Below, one piece after another: positions 49,620-51,787 of a DNA stretch of 51,787 nucleotides. Each line of letters opens with the position of its first letter. The stretch's first letter is position 1. The notes under the pieces are model-generated. The model was not told the DNA's origin and ran no database searches. It saw only the letters and a list, made by a program, of their open reading frames with translations. The position numbers were made by a program, and so were the translations under genes. Source of the DNA: a bacterium (GTDB lineage: Bacteria > Hydrothermota > 32-111); NCBI GenBank assembly GCA_050239825.1, contig JBFXGO010000010.1:1-51787 (forward strand). The letters are read 5' to 3'.

Positions 49620-50896
49620 AAAGAAATGCTTTGATTTTAGGAAACGGCGGAAGAGAATCGGCTCTTGCATACAAACTCAATTGTGAAAGAGTTTTGGTGC
49701 ATTCATATCCGTCAAATCCCACTCTGTCAAAATACTGCATCAATGCGCCTCTTGATAAAAATAACCTATTTGATTCTGCTTTAAAGTATATAAGAGATGA
49801 GGAGATTCAGTTGGTTTTGATAGGCCCTGAAGCATACCTTGCCGATGGATTGGTTGATTTTCTTGAAGCAAATAATGTAAATGTATTCGGACCTTCAAAA
49901 TCAGCCGCAAGGATAGAGACCGATAAATCCTATGCGAAGACTTTGATGATGGAAAACAATGTGCCGACAGCAGGTTATGACATAGCAACATCAAAGAACG
50001 AATGCATTGAGAAATCAAAGAGATACTCGTTTCCTCTTGTGTTGAAAGTCTCCGGGTTAGCCGCCGGTAAGGGCGCATTCGTGGTTAATGACAGAGCCGA
50101 ATTCGACAGAGCGATAAAAGAGATATACGACACCTCTCAATTTTTAAATTCAAATGCAAAAGTCATTATTGAAGAGTTCATGAATGGAGAGGAGGCATCA
50201 CTGTTTGTAATAACTGACGGAGAGAATGCTCTTCCTCTTCCTCCTGCTCAGGATTTCAAAAGAGTCGGCGACAATGACAAAGGACCGAACACCGGAGGCA
50301 TGGGTTCTTATGCTCCCTGCAAACTTCTCACTCCCGCACTTGAATCAAAAGCAATGGAGACTATCATCCGTCCTGTTTTATCGGCAATGAAGAGAGAAGG
50401 AAACCCTTTTAAGGGTCTTTTGTATGCGGGTTTGATGATTGACAAAGAGAGTGTGAAGGTTGTTGAGTTCAATGCAAGATTTGGAGACCCTGAAACACAA
50501 TCAATAATGTGCATACTCAGTTCATCTCTCTATGACATATTAATTGAAACTGCAGAGGGAAATCTCCGAACAATAAAAATAGAGACGACCGGCTTATCTG
50601 CTGTTACTGTTGTAATTGCATCAGACGGATACCCCGGAGATTATAAAAAATCAATCGAAATTTCACTTGATGAAAATAAACTTGATAGAAATACTCTTCT
50701 TTTTCACGCAGGCACAAAAGAAGATAATGGCAAAATTCTGTCGACAGGCGGCAGAATGCTTAATATAACCAGTTTTGATAAGGGGCTTGAAAAAACAATT
50801 GAGAGAGTTTATAGTAATATAAACAAAATAAACATAAAAGGGTCTTTTTATAGAAAGGACATAGGAAAGAAAGGCTTAAAATATGAAGTTTATTAG
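49616..50896 (+). CDS. purD: Phosphoribosylamine--glycine ligase
   Basis: GNGGRE, GPEAYL, GLAAGKG, GPNTGGMG, EFNARFGDPE, GGR. Confidence 0.96.
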   Translation: MKRNALILGNGGRESALAYKLNCERVLVHSYPSNPTLSKYCINAPLDKNNLFDSALKYIRDEEIQLVLIGPEAYLADGLVDFLEANNVNVFGPSKSAARIETDKSYAKTLMMENNVPTAGYDIATSKNECIEKSKRYSFPLVLKVSGLAAGKGAFVVNDRAEFDRAIKEIYDTSQFLNSNAKVIIEEFMNGEEASLFVITDGENALPLPPAQDFKRVGDNDKGPNTGGMGSYAPCKLLTPALESKAMETIIRPVLSAMKREGNPFKGLLYAGLMIDKESVKVVEFNARFGDPETQSIMCILSSSLYDILIETAEGNLRTIKIETTGLSAVTVVIASDGYPGDYKKSIEISLDENKLDRNTLLFHAGTKEDNGKILSTGGRMLNITSFDKGLEKTIERVYSNINKINIKGSFYRKDIGKKGLKYEVY

Positions 50897-51785
50897 AATT
50901 ATTATCTTTTTTATTATTTTTGCGCTCTTTATCGGCGTATATCCTTATACAATATATATTGTTCAGTCGGAAAATAATGAGATGTATGACAAGATGATTT
51001 ATTCTTTCAAGGAGAGGGCTGAGTTCGATTTTATACAATTCAATCTGAAGGGAAATGAGAAAGCCGCATCGGAGATTATTGCAAAGGCAAAAACAGAGAA
51101 ACCTGATGCGATTATTCTGATAGGATTTTTGGCAATAAAGGAAATTTCCGCTAAAATAGAGAACACACCTCTGATACTCTCAATGTCAAGTTCAATTCCC
51201 CAGAATATCAAGGATAAGAAAAATACCTGCGGCGTAATATTCGACCTTGAAGACGCGACAATAATTGAGTATCTCAAGACCGCGGTTCCTGATATGAAGA
51301 ATCTCGGAATAATCTTTTCCGTTGAGAATTCAATTGATTATGCCAAATCATTCAAGTCAAAATGCGAAGAGCTGGGTATATCAATGGAGCTCGGCAATAT
51401 TACATCTCTTGAGGAGCTTCCCCTTACCTGTAAGATGCTTAAAGCGAGCGGAGTCAAAGGCATCTGGCTCGGACGAGATAAACTTGTTGTATCAAAAGCA
51501 GGGTTTGAAACACTTCTCAAAATAACAAAGGATGAGGGACTCTCAATCATTGCTCCTTACACTACATTCACACAGAAGGGTGCGGCATTTTCAATTTCAC
51601 CTGACATATCCAATCACGGTTATATTGCAGGTAACATTGCAATAAGATTGAAAAATGGGGAGACTCCCTCTGAAATAGGATTTGTCAAAACCGAGAAGGT
51701 TTCATTCTCTTATAATAAAAACATGCTGAAACTCTTCGGAATAAATGTAATCTCCTCTGTCCTCGAAAAAGCCAAAGAATATTAG
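50883..51785 (+). CDS. ABC transporter substrate-binding protein (ABC_sub_bind-like)
   Basis: Signal peptide; periplasmic binding fold pattern (KNLGIIFS, KGAAFSI, GETPSEI). Confidence 0.8.
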   Translation: MKFIRIIIFFIIFALFIGVYPYTIYIVQSENNEMYDKMIYSFKERAEFDFIQFNLKGNEKAASEIIAKAKTEKPDAIILIGFLAIKEISAKIENTPLILSMSSSIPQNIKDKKNTCGVIFDLEDATIIEYLKTAVPDMKNLGIIFSVENSIDYAKSFKSKCEELGISMELGNITSLEELPLTCKMLKASGVKGIWLGRDKLVVSKAGFETLLKITKDEGLSIIAPYTTFTQKGAAFSISPDISNHGYIAGNIAIRLKNGETPSEIGFVKTEKVSFSYNKNMLKLFGINVISSVLEKAKEY

Positions 51786-51787
51786 TT

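Noticed and set aside
433..51550. Numerous short antisense or alternate-frame ORFs in the ORF track
   Set aside because: They are shadows of well-supported genes, with no RBS or family signatures.

Overview
Bacterial, AT-rich window from a diderm organism. The PorX-like regulator, LolA-like and beta-barrel genes, and folate/pantothenate gene order suggest an FCB-group candidate phylum such as WOR-3 (inference only). The right part (~21.5-51.8 kb) is housekeeping: yajC, fmt, purF, malic enzyme, GAF-GGDEF/histidine kinase/PorX-like cluster, folB, folK, deoxynucleoside kinase, panC, short glmU, rsfS, argS, purM, Hsp20, lon, dapA, LeuC/D-type dehydratase, AmmeMemoRadiSam B/A and purD. The left part (1-21.4 kb) is accessory-like. 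The main signal is two paralogous, uninterrupted cassettes (4018-6075 and 13090-15025). Each encodes a half-size single-TRD HsdS plus an HsdM-fold protein lacking recognisable SAM-binding and NPPF catalytic motifs, and no hsdR is present in the window. Both cassettes have the same apparently leaderless promoter layout. A bipartite palindrome GCGAATA-N6-TATTCGC occurs twice at the promoters of the adjacent WapI-like/MoxR operon, and near-copies lie in and beside cassette 1's own promoter. This suggests a 'dead' Type I methyltransferase repurposed as a transcription regulator or sensor (hypothesis). Also seen: a structured ~120-nt RNA candidate, a 127-bp MITE-like element that supplies the stop codons of both flanking genes, and an M16 peptidase split at an A8 run. 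No rRNA, tRNA, CRISPR array or transposase was recognised.
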